NCBI GenBank assembly: GCA_947085185.1
Contig: CAMTVK010000001.1
Span: forward strand, 32,001-96,000
Direction: 5' to 3'
Length of the DNA stretch: 64,000 bases
DNA from: Candidatus Fraserbacteria bacterium
GTDB taxonomy: Bacteria > Bipolaricaulota > Bipolaricaulia > RBG-16-55-9 > DRXL01
Part shown: positions 1 through 10,311 of the stretch, in pieces
How the letters are laid out: every line of letters starts with the position of its first letter
Numbering within the stretch: position 1 is the first letter of the stretch
Program-made: the position numbers and the translations under genes
Notes under the pieces: generated by a model
Database searches by the model: none
What the model was told of the DNA's origin: nothing
The model's input: only the letters and a program-made list of their open reading frames with translations

Positions 1-2658
1 AAAGCCCTTCGGCTCTGGCTCTTTGGTGAACCCCAGCTCGCGCAATGGCACCCCGGCCATGACCATAGCAGCGATCTGTGCCAACGGCACACCCGTCGCT
101 TTGCTCACAAACGGCACGGTGCGCGAGGCACGTGGGTTCACTTCTAACACATAGAGCTTCCCTTGCCGAACCGCATATTGAATATTCATGAGCCCGATGA
201 CGTTGAGACGCTGGGCAAGTCTCTTTGTCACCGCGCGCACCTCGTCTACCAGCGAAGGGCTCAGGGTACAGGGGGGCAGCACGCAGCAGCTGTCCCCAGA
301 ATGAATCCCTGCACGCTCGATGTGCTCCATAATCCCACCGATCACGCACTCTCTCCCGTCAGCCACGGCGTCCACATCAAGCTCGAGTGCGTCCTGAAGG
401 AACTCGTCAATGAGGATGGGATGGGCAGGGGAGACGCGCACGGCCTCTTCGATATAGTGATCAAGATCGCTCCGGTCGTAACAGATGGCCATAGCGCGCC
501 CACCGAGCACGTAACTGGGCCGCACCAGCACAGGAAACCCGATCTCTTCGGCTATCTGGAACGCCTCCTCTCGTGAGGACGCGCTGCCGCTGCGTGGCCG
601 CCGGACGTTGAGCTCGTCTAGGATCACGGTAAATTTCTCGCGATCCTCGGCAAGATCAATATTCTCCGGGCTCGTTCCCCAAATGGGCACACCGTGCGCC
701 TTGAGCGCCATCGCCAAGTTTAATGGAGTTTGGCCACCAAACTGCACGATCACCCCCTGGGGCTTCTCAACCTCAATGATATGTAAAACATCTTCGAGCG
801 TGAGGGGCTCACAGTAGAGTCTCTCCGACGTATCGTAATCGGTGGAGACCGTCTCGGGGTTGCAGTTGATCATGATCGTCTCAAAGCCGAGCGCGCGCAG
901 CGCAAACGCCGCATGACAACAACAATAATCGAACTCTATCCCCTGGCCAATTCGATACGGCCCACCGCCGAGCACGAGCACCTTCTTACGCTGTGTCGGT
1001 GTGGCTTCACATGCGTCGGCTTCATAGGTGGAGTAGAGATAGGGCGTGAGGGCTTCAAATTCTGCAGCACACGTGTCTACTCTCTTATAGACCGGGCGAA
1101 TGCCCAAGCGTGTTCTCTGAGCTCGCACCGCCGCCTCAGAAGTTTTGAGGATCTTCGCCAACGCCGCGTCGGAGAAGCCACAGCGCTTTGCCCGCAAGAG
1201 CATCTCTGAGGAGAGAGTCTCGAGAGCACAGCCCCGCAATGATCTCTCCAAGAGCGCCAGCTCTTCGATCTGTGTTAAAAACCACGGGTCTATCCCCGTC
1301 CAGCGGGCTAACTCCTCCACAGAGAGCCCGCAGAGCAACGCTTGATAGATCAAGAAGATCCTGTGAGGGTTTGGCCGCTCTAGAGAGCCTTTGAGAGACT
1401 CTGGGGAGAGCACAAGAGCGTCACTTACTCCGCCTAGACCCAAGCGCCCGATCTCCAGAGAGCGCACGGCTTTCTGGAGAGCTTCTTTGAACGTGCGTCC
1501 CAGAGCCATCACTTCCCCGACTGAGCGCATCTGCGTCGTCAGGGTCGTGTCGGCGCCGGGGAATTTCTCGAAATTCCAGCGAGGAATCTTGACAACCACG
1601 TAATCCATCGTGGGCTCAAAGCTCGCCGGGGTCTTCTTGGTGATATCGTTGGGCAACTCATCGAGCGTGTAGCCCACGGCGAGCTTGGCCGCGATCTTCG
1701 CGATGGGGAACCCCGTCGCTTTGGAAACGAGCGCGGAGCTGCGGCTGACCCGCGGGTTCATCTCGATGACGAGCATTCTGCCGTCATGGGGATTGACAGC
1801 AAACTGAATATTGCTCCCCCCAGTCTCGACGCCCACCGCTCGGATCACTCTGATAGCCCAGTCGCGCATTTGTTGATATTCTTTATCGCTGAGCGTCTGG
1901 GCCGGCGCCACCGTGATCGAGTCTCCGGTGTGGACGCCCATGGGATCGAAGTTCTCTATCGAGCAGACGACGACCACTGTATCGTTCCGATCGCGCATCA
2001 CTTCGAGCTCGAATTCCTTCCAGCCGATCACAGATTCTTCTAGTAAGACCTCGTGCACGGGGCTTTGGGCCAGCCCGTGTGCCACGATCGTACGCAGTTC
2101 TTCGCCGGTGTGAGCGACGCCGCTGCCCTCGCCCCCAAGGGTGAACGATGGCCGAACCAAGATGGGATAGTTCAACTCACAGGAGATCGCAAGGGCTTGC
2201 TCCCACGACCGAGCTAGACCTCCACGGGGCACAGGAAGCCCAATGCGCTCCATAGTCTCTTTAAAGAGCAATCGGTCTTCAGCGATCTCGATAGCATGGC
2301 GTGCAGCCCCGATCAGCTCGACGCCATAGCGCTCGAAGATCCCAGCGCGGGCAAGTGCCACCGCGAGATTGAGAGCGGTTTGGCCGCCTACGGTGGGCAA
2401 GAGCGCGTCCGGGCGCTCTCGCATGATAATTTTCTCTAAAATCTCCGGGACGAGCGGTTCAAGATACACCCGCGTCGCGCTCTGCGGATCGGTCATGATC
2501 GTTGCGGGGTTGTTGTTCACCAAGATCACGTCATAGCCCTCTTCGCGGAGGGCTTTGCAAGCTTGGCTCCCTGAATAGTCAAACTCTCCCGCCTGACCGA
2601 TGATAATCGGCCCGGAACCGATCACCAAGATCTTCTTGAGATCAGGGCGTTTGGGCAT
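1..2658 (-). CDS. carB: Carbamoyl-phosphate synthase large subunit (5' part; runs off window edge)
   Basis: Translated by hand from ATG at 2658: [41 protein letters not shown], the canonical CarB N-terminus. Later [13 protein letters not shown] motif. Overlaps the carA stop by 17 nt. Absent from the ORF track because it is truncated. Confidence 0.97.
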   Translation of the reverse strand, partial: MPKRPDLKKILVIGSGPIIIGQAGEFDYSGSQACKALREEGYDVILVNNNPATIMTDPQSATRVYLEPLVPEILEKIIMRERPDALLPTVGGQTALNLAVALARAGIFERYGVELIGAARHAIEIAEDRLLFKETMERIGLPVPRGGLARSWEQALAISCELNYPILVRPSFTLGGEGSGVAHTGEELRTIVAHGLAQSPVHEVLLEESVIGWKEFELEVMRDRNDTVVVVCSIENFDPMGVHTGDSITVAPAQTLSDKEYQQMRDWAIRVIRAVGVETGGSNIQFAVNPHDGRMLVIEMNPRVSRSSALVSKATGFPIAKIAAKLAVGYTLDELPNDITKKTPASFEPTMDYVVVKIPRWNFEKFPGADTTLTTQMRSVGEVMALGRTFKEALQKAVRSLEIGRLGLGGVSDALVLSPESLKGSLERPNPHRIFLIYQALLCGLSVEELARWTGIDPWFLTQIEELALLERSLRGCALETLSSEMLLRAKRCGFSDAALAKILKTSEAAVRAQRTRLGIRPVYKRVDTCAAEFEALTPYLYSTYEADACEATPTQRKKVLVLGGGPYRIGQGIEFDYCCCHAAFALRALGFETIMINCNPETVSTDYDTSERLYCEPLTLEDVLHIIEVEKPQGVIVQFGGQTPLNLAMALKAHGVPIWGTSPENIDLAEDREKFTVILDELNVRRPRSGSASSREEAFQIAEEIGFPVLVRPSYVLGGRAMAICYDRSDLDHYIEEAVRVSPAHPILIDEFLQDALELDVDAVADGRECVIGGIMEHIERAGIHSGDSCCVLPPCTLSPSLVDEVRAVTKRLAQRLNVIGLMNIQYAVRQGKLYVLEVNPRASRTVPFVSKATGVPLAQIAAMVMAGVPLRELGFTKEPEPKGF

Positions 2659-3766
2659 GGGCGACCTTCACATTAGTACTCTCTCTATGAGCGCGCGTCA
2701 TCGTCTCCATAAGATGCTCGAAGAACCCAAGGGCATCGTGCGGCCCCGGCGATGCTTCGGGGTGATACTGCACCCCAAAGACAGGGAGCATCTTGTGTCG
2801 AAAGCCTTCAATAGAGCCGTCGTTGAGGTTGATATGGGTCAGCTCTAACTCTTTGGGGAGGTCGGCCAGGGCAAATCCGTGATTATGGGACGTGATCTCG
2901 ACTTTGCCCGTGAGCAGATTTTTAACGGGCTGATTGGCGCCGTGATGGCCAAATTTGAGCTTATACGTACGCGCTCCCAGCGCCAGCCCTAAGATCTGAT
3001 GCCCCAGGCAGATACCGAAGATCGGGCAACGCTGAGAAGCGATCAACTGGCGCGCGGTGCGCACGGCCTCGGTGAGGATGGCCGGGTCGCCAGGACCGTT
3101 GGAGAGCACGATCCCGTCGGGATGGAGCGCAAGGATTTGCGCAGCATCCCAACGCGCCGGGACGACCGTGATGTGCGGAGCGCGGGCACGCAGCTGGCGC
3201 AAAAGAGAGCGCTTCACCCCAAAGTCTACCACGACGATGTGCCAGCTTGGGCAAGATCTCTCCTCCTCCCATGAGTACGGCTCGGTGCAGCTTACGCGGC
3301 TGACCCAGTCGAACTCTGAGAGGGTCGGCGCACACCGAGCTCGCTCGACAAGCTCATGGGGATCTCTATCGGTGCTAGAGATGCAACCGCGCATGGCTCC
3401 GCGCTCGCGAATATGGCGCGTCAGCGCGCGCGTATCTATCTCGCAGATCCCGACAATATCGTGTGCTTTCAGATAGCAATCCAAGCGAACCCGCCCGCGC
3501 CAGTTAGAGAATTCTTGAGAAAATTCTCGCACGATGAGCCCCTGCACCCACGGACGCGCCGATTCGGCATCGTCGGGGTTGATCCCATAATTGCCAATAT
3601 GCGGGTACGTCATGCACACGATCTGGCCCGCGTAAGAAGGATCCGTGAGGATCTCTTGGTAGCCGGTCATCCCCGTGTTGAAGACGACTTCGCCTTCGCG
3701 AATCCCCGAGGCGCCGAAGGCTCGCCCGCGAAAGACCTTTCCATCTTCGAGGGCTAGCAACGCCAT
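2642..3766 (-). CDS. carA: Carbamoyl-phosphate synthase small subunit
   Basis: [35 protein letters not shown] (catalytic Cys), [13 protein letters not shown]. Confidence 0.98.
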   Translation of the reverse strand: MALLALEDGKVFRGRAFGASGIREGEVVFNTGMTGYQEILTDPSYAGQIVCMTYPHIGNYGINPDDAESARPWVQGLIVREFSQEFSNWRGRVRLDCYLKAHDIVGICEIDTRALTRHIRERGAMRGCISSTDRDPHELVERARCAPTLSEFDWVSRVSCTEPYSWEEERSCPSWHIVVVDFGVKRSLLRQLRARAPHITVVPARWDAAQILALHPDGIVLSNGPGDPAILTEAVRTARQLIASQRCPIFGICLGHQILGLALGARTYKLKFGHHGANQPVKNLLTGKVEITSHNHGFALADLPKELELTHINLNDGSIEGFRHKMLPVFGVQYHPEASPGPHDALGFFEHLMETMTRAHRESTNVKVAHAQTP

Positions 3767-3784
3767 ATCTTCCCTCCCCCGCCC

Positions 3785-3827
3785 AAAAAAACTGGGCCAG
3801 TCCGCCTCTGCGGCGGCTGGCCCAGTT
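3785..3827 (-). terminator. Intrinsic terminator in the carA 5' leader (putative attenuator)
   Basis: 11-bp perfect stem (3790-3800/3817-3827) extended by CCGCC/GGCGG, with a 7-nt U tract on the minus strand, 18 nt upstream of the carA ATG. Confidence 0.8.
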
Positions 3828-3893
3828 CTTCGTTCATTATTATACAGAGTCGCACGGTCTGAGCCGGATCACCTCAAGAGCACGTTGGCGCGT

Positions 3894-3922
3894 ATTATAG
3901 CACAGCCTTGGGCAAAGGTCAA
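3894..3922 (-). promoter_or_regulatory. sigma70-type promoter for carAB
   Basis: TTGACC-17 nt-TATAAT with an extended -10 TG. Confidence 0.8.
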
Positions 3923-3981
3923 ACGCGACCAACACTTGCGAGCACGGGCTCCTATATGCTATCTTGTCGCCCGGAGCATCT

Positions 3982-5274
3982 ATGTACAGCATACGACTTC
4001 GTGGCATCTATGCGACGGCGCTGGCCGCCCTCGTCCTCCACCATCGGTGGAGGGTTGTCCAACCGACGCCAGAGCTTCAGCCCTATCTGGCCACAGATGA
4101 TCGCTTTGCCCCTTTCGACCTCGATATTCAAAGCCGTCCCGACAAGCATGGAATTACTGCAATAGGAGCCCCAGAGCCGTTGGATGCGCTCAAAGAGCTC
4201 TTCTTCGCGGAGCTGCTTGACGTCATCTGTGTGCCGGCTCTGGTGGAGCCGGGCGCGATCTATCTGGGCATTGTGCACAAGAGGCGCGCCCAGGGGTATG
4301 AGATCGATTTGGGGGAGCTCACGGGTTTTCTGCCTCAGACGGAGCTGGCGCGCCCGCTGCGCAGAGGCGAAGCTATCCCCGTTCAGATCAAAGAGCTCGC
4401 CTCCCCTCACCCTCTCGTGACTACGCACTTGAGCGTCGCCGGACAGTTCGTGGTGCTCTCCCAAGAACCAGGGGTAGGCATCAGCAAAGAGATTACTGAC
4501 CCGCAAGAGCGAGAACGGCTTTTAGCTCTAGGACAACGCTCCTGCACCAACGGCTGGGGGGTGATCTGGCGCACCAGCGCCTATCGCAGAGATAGTCACG
4601 AGCTTGTGCGCGAAGTCAAGCGCTTACAGCGAGAGCTCCCCAAGCTCTCAGACCATCCTGAAGAGGGCATCCCTGGCAAGCTGCTCCCAGGACAGAGCGC
4701 CTTGCTTGTGGAGTTCCCCGGTGCTAGCAAACAAGCTCTCGATCAATGGCGGGCGCGTCTGATCCCCACAGAGTTAGGGTATCACGCTCAGCAGATCGCT
4801 CCGATCACGCGCAATCTCGCACAAGGAGACCCCATAGCCGTCGAGCACGTGAAGGTCCAGGGCGATCTCATAGTGCTGACGGGCCGTGTGGTCTCTGCAA
4901 GCCCTCAGCATATCACGGTGCGCCGCGACATCAAGAGCCCGGGGCTCTACGATGGGCTTGCTCTTCCCAAAGAGCCCGGAGACTACGCCGTGACCGAGTT
5001 CCGTCGCAATACATGGCACTACGAGACGCGCTACTACTCGTGCGATGGGCGGCTCAAGGGAATTTATATAAATATCAATACCCCCATCGAGATTTACTCA
5101 GATCGCGTGCGCTATATCGATCTGGAGCTCGATGTCGTTCAGCGTCCTGGCGAGCCCGCGCAGATCATTGACGAGATGGAGTTCTTGCGCATCGCGCCGT
5201 ATGTGAGCAGGGGAGCGCTCGAGCGAGCACGCGCCTCTGCAGCTGACTGCGCGCGCCTCCTTGATAGAGTATAA
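3982..5274 (+). CDS. FAU-1-like RNA-binding protein/ribonuclease (S1 + RNase E/G-like + DUF402)
   Basis: IRLRGIYATAL N-terminus, GVIWRTSA, YDGL..PKEPGDYAVT, G.YININTPIEIY.DRVRYIDLELDVV. ATG at 3982 follows GGAG. Confidence 0.8.
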   Translation: MYSIRLRGIYATALAALVLHHRWRVVQPTPELQPYLATDDRFAPFDLDIQSRPDKHGITAIGAPEPLDALKELFFAELLDVICVPALVEPGAIYLGIVHKRRAQGYEIDLGELTGFLPQTELARPLRRGEAIPVQIKELASPHPLVTTHLSVAGQFVVLSQEPGVGISKEITDPQERERLLALGQRSCTNGWGVIWRTSAYRRDSHELVREVKRLQRELPKLSDHPEEGIPGKLLPGQSALLVEFPGASKQALDQWRARLIPTELGYHAQQIAPITRNLAQGDPIAVEHVKVQGDLIVLTGRVVSASPQHITVRRDIKSPGLYDGLALPKEPGDYAVTEFRRNTWHYETRYYSCDGRLKGIYININTPIEIYSDRVRYIDLELDVVQRPGEPAQIIDEMEFLRIAPYVSRGALERARASAADCARLLDRV

Positions 5275-5307
5275 TATGGGGACACTCTACGACGGAGGAG
5301 ATCAGCT

Positions 5308-5985
5308 ATGAGCGCCAAGCGCCAAAAATCCCTGCCCAAGATGCCTTGGTATCGTCAGCCCATCGTGTTGGGTATCGCTGTCGGGGGGGTAGTCACCGTG
5401 GGACTCATCGTGCTGACGATGGCTCTCTCACGGCCCGGGGAGAGCTTCCAAGTGACGCGCCCCGTGGGAAGTGACTTTCTCCCGGAGATGGGCGATCAGG
5501 GCGCCCCAGTGACGGTCTACGAATATTCTGATTTCCAGTGTCCCGCCTGCGGCGACTTTGCACGGCAGTATAAGAAGAAGATCGAAGAAGATTATATTAA
5601 GACGAACAAAGTGCGGTGGGTCTTCAAAAACTTTGCGTTCTTAGGGCCGGAATCAGAGTGGGCTGCCCAAGCGGCCTATTGCGCGGCAGAGCAAGGGGGC
5701 TTCTGGGCCTATCACGATAAGCTCTTTGCCAATCAGAGGGGCAAGAACCGCGGGACGTTCAGCACGAATAATTTAGTGCGGTTCGCCCGCGAGCTGGGCC
5801 TCAAAGAACAAGATTTCAAAGAGTGCTTGGACTCCGGACGCTATAAGCAAAAAGTCCAAGACGAGCGTCGCGAGGGCCAAGCCCAAGGGGTTAACTCTAC
5901 ACCGAGCTTCATCGTCAACGGGCAGTTAGTGCGCGGCGCCGATTATCTAGGGCTGCGTGCGCTGATCCAACGCTTTCTGCGGTGA
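5308..5985 (+). CDS. Membrane-anchored DsbA-family thiol-disulfide oxidoreductase
   Basis: N-terminal TM helix, YSDFQCPAC, GVNSTPSF (cis-Pro loop). Confidence 0.92.
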   Translation: MSAKRQKSLPKMPWYRQPIVLGIAVGGVVTVGLIVLTMALSRPGESFQVTRPVGSDFLPEMGDQGAPVTVYEYSDFQCPACGDFARQYKKKIEEDYIKTNKVRWVFKNFAFLGPESEWAAQAAYCAAEQGGFWAYHDKLFANQRGKNRGTFSTNNLVRFARELGLKEQDFKECLDSGRYKQKVQDERREGQAQGVNSTPSFIVNGQLVRGADYLGLRALIQRFLR

Positions 5986-6446
5986 TCTCAATGGCCCAGT
6001 GGCGGCTGTGGGGCATCTTATTCTTATCAGTGATCGGCGTTGGGGTCTCGAGCTACCTCACGTATGAGAAATTGAGCGGGGGAGAGCTCGTGTGTTTGGG
6101 GGGCGGCCAAGGGTGTGAGACGGTGCAAAACAGCCCATACAGTCAGATTGGCCCCGTCCCGGTGGCGGCTCTTGGGCTGCTGGGATATCTACTCTTTGGC
6201 ATCGTCACCATACTGCAGATGCGAGAGCGCTTATGGGAGAGGCGTCGGCTGCTGGCAGGGCTGAACTTTGGGCTGGCGCTGGGGGCTTCTCTCTATTCGC
6301 TCTATCTCACGTATCTTGAGGTGTTTGTCATCTATGCCATCTGCACGTGGTGCGTGGTCTCTGCGGTGCTGGTGACGCTCATTTTGATGGGAGCGCTGTG
6401 GGAGCTTGGCGTGCTCAGCAAGGAGACGCAAAAGCTCAGCGACTGA
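5982..6446 (+). CDS. Vitamin K epoxide reductase (VKOR) family protein
   Basis: 4 TM helices, loop C..C pair (VCLGGGQGCETVQNSPYS), CTWC active site; directly after DsbA. Confidence 0.92.
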   Translation: MISMAQWRLWGILFLSVIGVGVSSYLTYEKLSGGELVCLGGGQGCETVQNSPYSQIGPVPVAALGLLGYLLFGIVTILQMRERLWERRRLLAGLNFGLALGASLYSLYLTYLEVFVIYAICTWCVVSAVLVTLILMGALWELGVLSKETQKLSD

Positions 6447-6474
6447 GAAGGCTCTCGGCGTAAGAGGAGGGCAC

Positions 6475-8157
6475 ATGCGACGCGGCCTTATAGAGCTTCT
6501 GATGGTGATGCTCACAGCAGCAGTGTATGGGCAAGCCACCTTGGCAGGGCCGCGCATTGAAGCTGTAGAACTGGGGTTCAATGGGCGTTTCTTCCCGGGA
6601 TCGCTGACCCCTCTGGCCGTCTCTCTGAGCCACAGCGGAGCAGCTCAGATCTTCACCCTTGAAGTCTCCCAAGAAGTTCGTGAGATCACCGAGCGCAGCT
6701 CTGTCGAACGGCTGCGTCTGCCGGTGCACCTCAGCAGGGGGGCACGCAAGACCGTCTCTTTTGATTTTCTGATCAGGAGCGTGAGCGCCCCGGTGCAGAT
6801 CCGACTCTTCGCCGATGGGAGAGAGCTTGCCGGCACAGCTCTCCAGATGCGCGAGCGCTGGAGTGAGGTCCCGCTGACGTTGGGGCTCGGCGTAGATAAT
6901 CTTGAGCTCATAGATCTTGAGCTCATAGAGCCCGAAAGACTTCCTACGCGCTGGACGAGCTATGACGGCGTTGCGCGTCTTCTATGGGGGCGGCTGGACC
7001 CGGGGCGCCTCAGTCTAGAGCAGCGTGAGGCCCTGCATGCGTGGCTCCTGCAAGGGGGCCACTTGATCATACTTACCGGGGAGAATTGGTACGAGCAAAC
7101 GAGTACGAGAGAGGACTGGTGGAGCCGGCTTTTGCCCATCACTCACGGACGCCCAGTCCTAAGAGCGCTTGAGGGCCGTCAAGTCCTGTGGGTCGAAGGC
7201 ACGATGCGCCCAGGAGCGCGCGTCGCTGAGAGAGCTCACGGATTGCCCATGGCATGGGAGCGCCCTATCGGAGAGGGAAAGGTCGTACTGGTCGCCGTAG
7301 CAACGTTGCCCAAAGAGTCCTTGCAGTCGGGCAATACTCGCGAGACCGCAGAACAAGATCGCATGATCACCAAAGCGCTCGGCGCCCTCATCGTGCCCTT
7401 CCCCTCTCGCGAGGTGATCGGTGCGCTGCTTATACTCTTCGTCGTAGGGTTTGGCCTCGGCGGGGTATTTGTGACGCGCTGGAAGAGATTGCCCTTATGG
7501 GGTGCGCTCTCCTCGGTGGCCATCGCAGGTGTGCTTGTGGGGTACGGGCACAGCCCGGAGTTCTCCCGCGCACGGTATGTCTTGGATCTTGGGGTGGTGC
7601 GGGGCTGGCAAGGGGAGCCGTTCTTCTGGGAGCAGAGTTGGTATGGGGTCTTCTTGCGCCATGCCCAAGATGTCGCGCTGGGAGTGTCGGGTGACTTGGT
7701 GCGCGCCATTGGGGGAGGCGCGTGGATGGAGCTTGCGCGCGAAAGATCTCTGCGCTTCTGGGGCGAGCGCGAGTCGGCACACTTCTTTCATGCCCAGCGT
7801 ATGGTGAAGTCGTTCGTTCTGTTCTCGTTGGACGAAGCCTCCCTCCAGGTGCGCATCTCCAACAGAGCTTCGGCAGCTCTTGCGGATGTTGTCGTGCATT
7901 GGGGTGGGGCGTTGTATAGACTAGGGACGATTGCGGCAGGCGCTGAGCTCGTGCGATCGCTGAGAGCGCTTGTGCCAATACCCCCGCGCCAGTGGCTTGA
8001 GGGGCTTTCAGAGAGGCGTCGGATGCTTGCGAACCAGTGGGGCAGTGGCCCAGAGGGTCTTCGGCTTATGGGATGGCTGGAGGACAGCTCACTGTGGGCG
8101 AAGGCTTCGGGTGAAGCCCGAACGGTCCTCCGGCTCGTCGTCGTTGAGGGAACTTGA
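6475..8157 (+). CDS. Secreted/membrane protein of the MoxR-vWA cluster (GATase-like domain, 2 TM)
   Basis: GGAGG-ATG at 6475, signal peptide, LP..W..YDGV..L...AL..W...GG.L pattern, internal TM pair. Confidence 0.65.
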   Translation: MRRGLIELLMVMLTAAVYGQATLAGPRIEAVELGFNGRFFPGSLTPLAVSLSHSGAAQIFTLEVSQEVREITERSSVERLRLPVHLSRGARKTVSFDFLIRSVSAPVQIRLFADGRELAGTALQMRERWSEVPLTLGLGVDNLELIDLELIEPERLPTRWTSYDGVARLLWGRLDPGRLSLEQREALHAWLLQGGHLIILTGENWYEQTSTREDWWSRLLPITHGRPVLRALEGRQVLWVEGTMRPGARVAERAHGLPMAWERPIGEGKVVLVAVATLPKESLQSGNTRETAEQDRMITKALGALIVPFPSREVIGALLILFVVGFGLGGVFVTRWKRLPLWGALSSVAIAGVLVGYGHSPEFSRARYVLDLGVVRGWQGEPFFWEQSWYGVFLRHAQDVALGVSGDLVRAIGGGAWMELARERSLRFWGERESAHFFHAQRMVKSFVLFSLDEASLQVRISNRASAALADVVVHWGGALYRLGTIAAGAELVRSLRALVPIPPRQWLEGLSERRRMLANQWGSGPEGLRLMGWLEDSSLWAKASGEARTVLRLVVVEGT

Positions 8158-8810
8158 TGAGAACTCTCTTTGACGTGAGCTCATCGTGGTCGGCTTACAC
8201 GGGGTATCTGATCTTATCGGGGATCCCGTTGTTTATGGCGTTGCCGGCGCCCACCCGCGTGGACGCGCTCCTTGAGCCACGCTGGAGCACGCTCTCGCTC
8301 TTTGCGATGATAGCGCCCCTGCTCTTTGCGATCTTCTCGCTCAACTTTGGGCTGGCCCACGCCAAAGAAAGATTATCCTCCAAAGAGATTCACGTGAGTC
8401 TGCTGGGGCACGTCGGCTTCCTGATGGTCATCAGTCTGCCGTATTGGGCAGTCTTCGAGAGCCTCAGCGGATCTTCTCTGAGTCGTTTGCTAGGAGCTTT
8501 GGGATATGTGATGCTCTACGGGGTGTGTTGGGCCTATGTGGGGGTAGCGCTTGGGCAGCGCTGGCCCTCGGAGATCACGCAGTTTCACATAAAATATGCG
8601 CTGCTGATCGTCAGCATAGTGGGGACGTTCTTTGTGATGCGGCCGCTCAACCCGTTCTTGATGCTCTCGCTCTGGTTTGGCGAAGGCGCTGTCCCGTGGG
8701 GATTTGTGCTCATGGGGTATCTGGGCCTGGCACTGGTGCTGGCCGTTCTTGTACGATGGGGGGTACCCAAAGATTCTGTGAGCGAGGAGGGCTATCGTGA
8801 ACGTGTTTAA
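8154..8810 (+). CDS. Integral membrane protein (about 6 TM; ABC-2 permease-like)
   Basis: Hydrophobic ORF whose start and stop overlap its neighbours. Confidence 0.65.
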   Translation: MMRTLFDVSSSWSAYTGYLILSGIPLFMALPAPTRVDALLEPRWSTLSLFAMIAPLLFAIFSLNFGLAHAKERLSSKEIHVSLLGHVGFLMVISLPYWAVFESLSGSSLSRLLGALGYVMLYGVCWAYVGVALGQRWPSEITQFHIKYALLIVSIVGTFFVMRPLNPFLMLSLWFGEGAVPWGFVLMGYLGLALVLAVLVRWGVPKDSVSEEGYRERV

Positions 8811-10311
8811 ATCGGTGCAGAAGAAGCTGGAGCGTCGGCACCGTTTGATCCAAGGGCTAGCGGCTATGAGCTGGGCGCTGCTTCTGGCACTGGGCTTCAC
8901 GGCGCTTCTCTTAATACTTGGCTCAGTGCAGCTTTTGCCTAAGATATCGCTGGCGGTGTGGGTGAGCGCCCATGTGCTTGTGGGAGGGCTGGCGTTTGGA
9001 GTCGGGTGGTTGCGCCCCTTTGAGAGAGCCGACATGTTCTTTCGCGCCGATCAGAATCTTCATACCCATGAGCTGTTAGTGACGCTGTACGAGCTCAGCA
9101 TGGGATCAGGGCCTCAAGAGTTCTTCCCGGTGCTAGAGAAGCGCCTGGAGCGCCTGGCGCTCGACGGAGCCAAAGCTCTTCCCATCGCTCAAACAGATCG
9201 GTGGCGCTGGGGAGGCGTGCTGGTCCTCGCGCTCTTGTGTGTGGGGATGACAAACGTGCCGGGGATGCCGGTGTGGCAGGAGAGCGAACAGACAGCGACA
9301 TCACCAGAAGGGTCTGCGCCATCCCCCTCACGTGAGCCAGGGCTGGCAGAGTGGCTCCAGAGACCTCCGGCAGATCTCCCTGAAAGACTTGCGTCTTTGC
9401 GAGAGCGCTTCGAGCAAGTCCGCGCGGCATTAGCGCTCAACCCCAACGACCCACGCGCTCGCGCGGCGCTCCAGCAGCTCTATGCAGAGATCAGCCAAGA
9501 GCAAGGGCGCCTCACACTACCGCCTCCGGGGGAAGTCCCCCAGACGCCTGAGCCATCGCGACAGGACGCTTCACTCGCCCAAGGCTCCGCAGGCAATCTG
9601 CAGCCCCCACCCAAGGGAGAGAGCTCACCCAACGATACGGCTCAGCTTGACCAACTTCTCCGGAGCTTACAGGACATTCAAGGGCAGGCACACGATCTCT
9701 CGCCTGAGGAGTTGCAAAAGCTCTTAGATCAAGTGCGCGAGGGGAACCCCTCGCTTGAGTCTCTGCTTGGGGCAGCGCTGCAGCCAGTGCGAAGCCGCGA
9801 AGAGTTCCGAAAAAAGCTCGAAGAGCTCATCAAGAACCTCGAAGAGCGTCAGCGTCTCAGCGAAGAGCTCAAAGATCTCCAACGCCAAGTGCAATCGGCT
9901 CTCTCTCAGTCAGAACCGCAGACGGCTCACCCCGATCAGCCCCAATCTTCTCGTGATACCCAGAGCGCCCAAGTGAAGTCGCCGTCGCCAAATCCACACG
10001 AGAACTCCCAGACCTCTGCAGGATATGGCAAGGCTCCGCTCGATCAGGAAGCGGCTCAAGATTTGCCCAATCTCTCTCAGTGGCGCGAGCGCACGCGATC
10101 GCTACCCGTGCCCGGCCCCCAAGACAAAGAACTTGAGATTCTCTTCGAGATTCTTACTATGGGGCTCCCCCAGGGGACAAACGCCCCAGAGCACTCTGCC
10201 CCCATACAGATAGACTACCAACGAGTGGAGGCCCTGCTCGAGACTTTAGAAATCCCCAGCGAGTTGCGCGAGCCCGTACGACGCTACTTTCTCAGTTTAG
10301 CCCAACGATGA
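8797..10311 (+). CDS. Membrane-anchored coiled-coil protein of the MoxR cluster
   Basis: 3 N-terminal TM helices, Q/E/P-rich coiled coil, C-terminal IP.ELREPVRRYF motif. Confidence 0.7.
   Translation: MNVFKSVQKKLERRHRLIQGLAAMSWALLLALGFTALLLILGSVQLLPKISLAVWVSAHVLVGGLAFGVGWLRPFERADMFFRADQNLHTHELLVTLYELSMGSGPQEFFPVLEKRLERLALDGAKALPIAQTDRWRWGGVLVLALLCVGMTNVPGMPVWQESEQTATSPEGSAPSPSREPGLAEWLQRPPADLPERLASLRERFEQVRAALALNPNDPRARAALQQLYAEISQEQGRLTLPPPGEVPQTPEPSRQDASLAQGSAGNLQPPPKGESSPNDTAQLDQLLRSLQDIQGQAHDLSPEELQKLLDQVREGNPSLESLLGAALQPVRSREEFRKKLEELIKNLEERQRLSEELKDLQRQVQSALSQSEPQTAHPDQPQSSRDTQSAQVKSPSPNPHENSQTSAGYGKAPLDQEAAQDLPNLSQWRERTRSLPVPGPQDKELEILFEILTMGLPQGTNAPEHSAPIQIDYQRVEALLETLEIPSELREPVRRYFLSLAQR

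Noticed and set aside
163..2848. Plus-strand ORFs over carB, and similar long antisense ORFs such as 22012-23058, 34329-35465 and 35886-36854
   Set aside because: Shadow frames of well-supported opposite-strand genes in GC-rich DNA
6900..6932. Tandem CTTGAGCTCATAGA duplication
   Set aside because: A short in-frame slippage (LELID LELIE) with only two units
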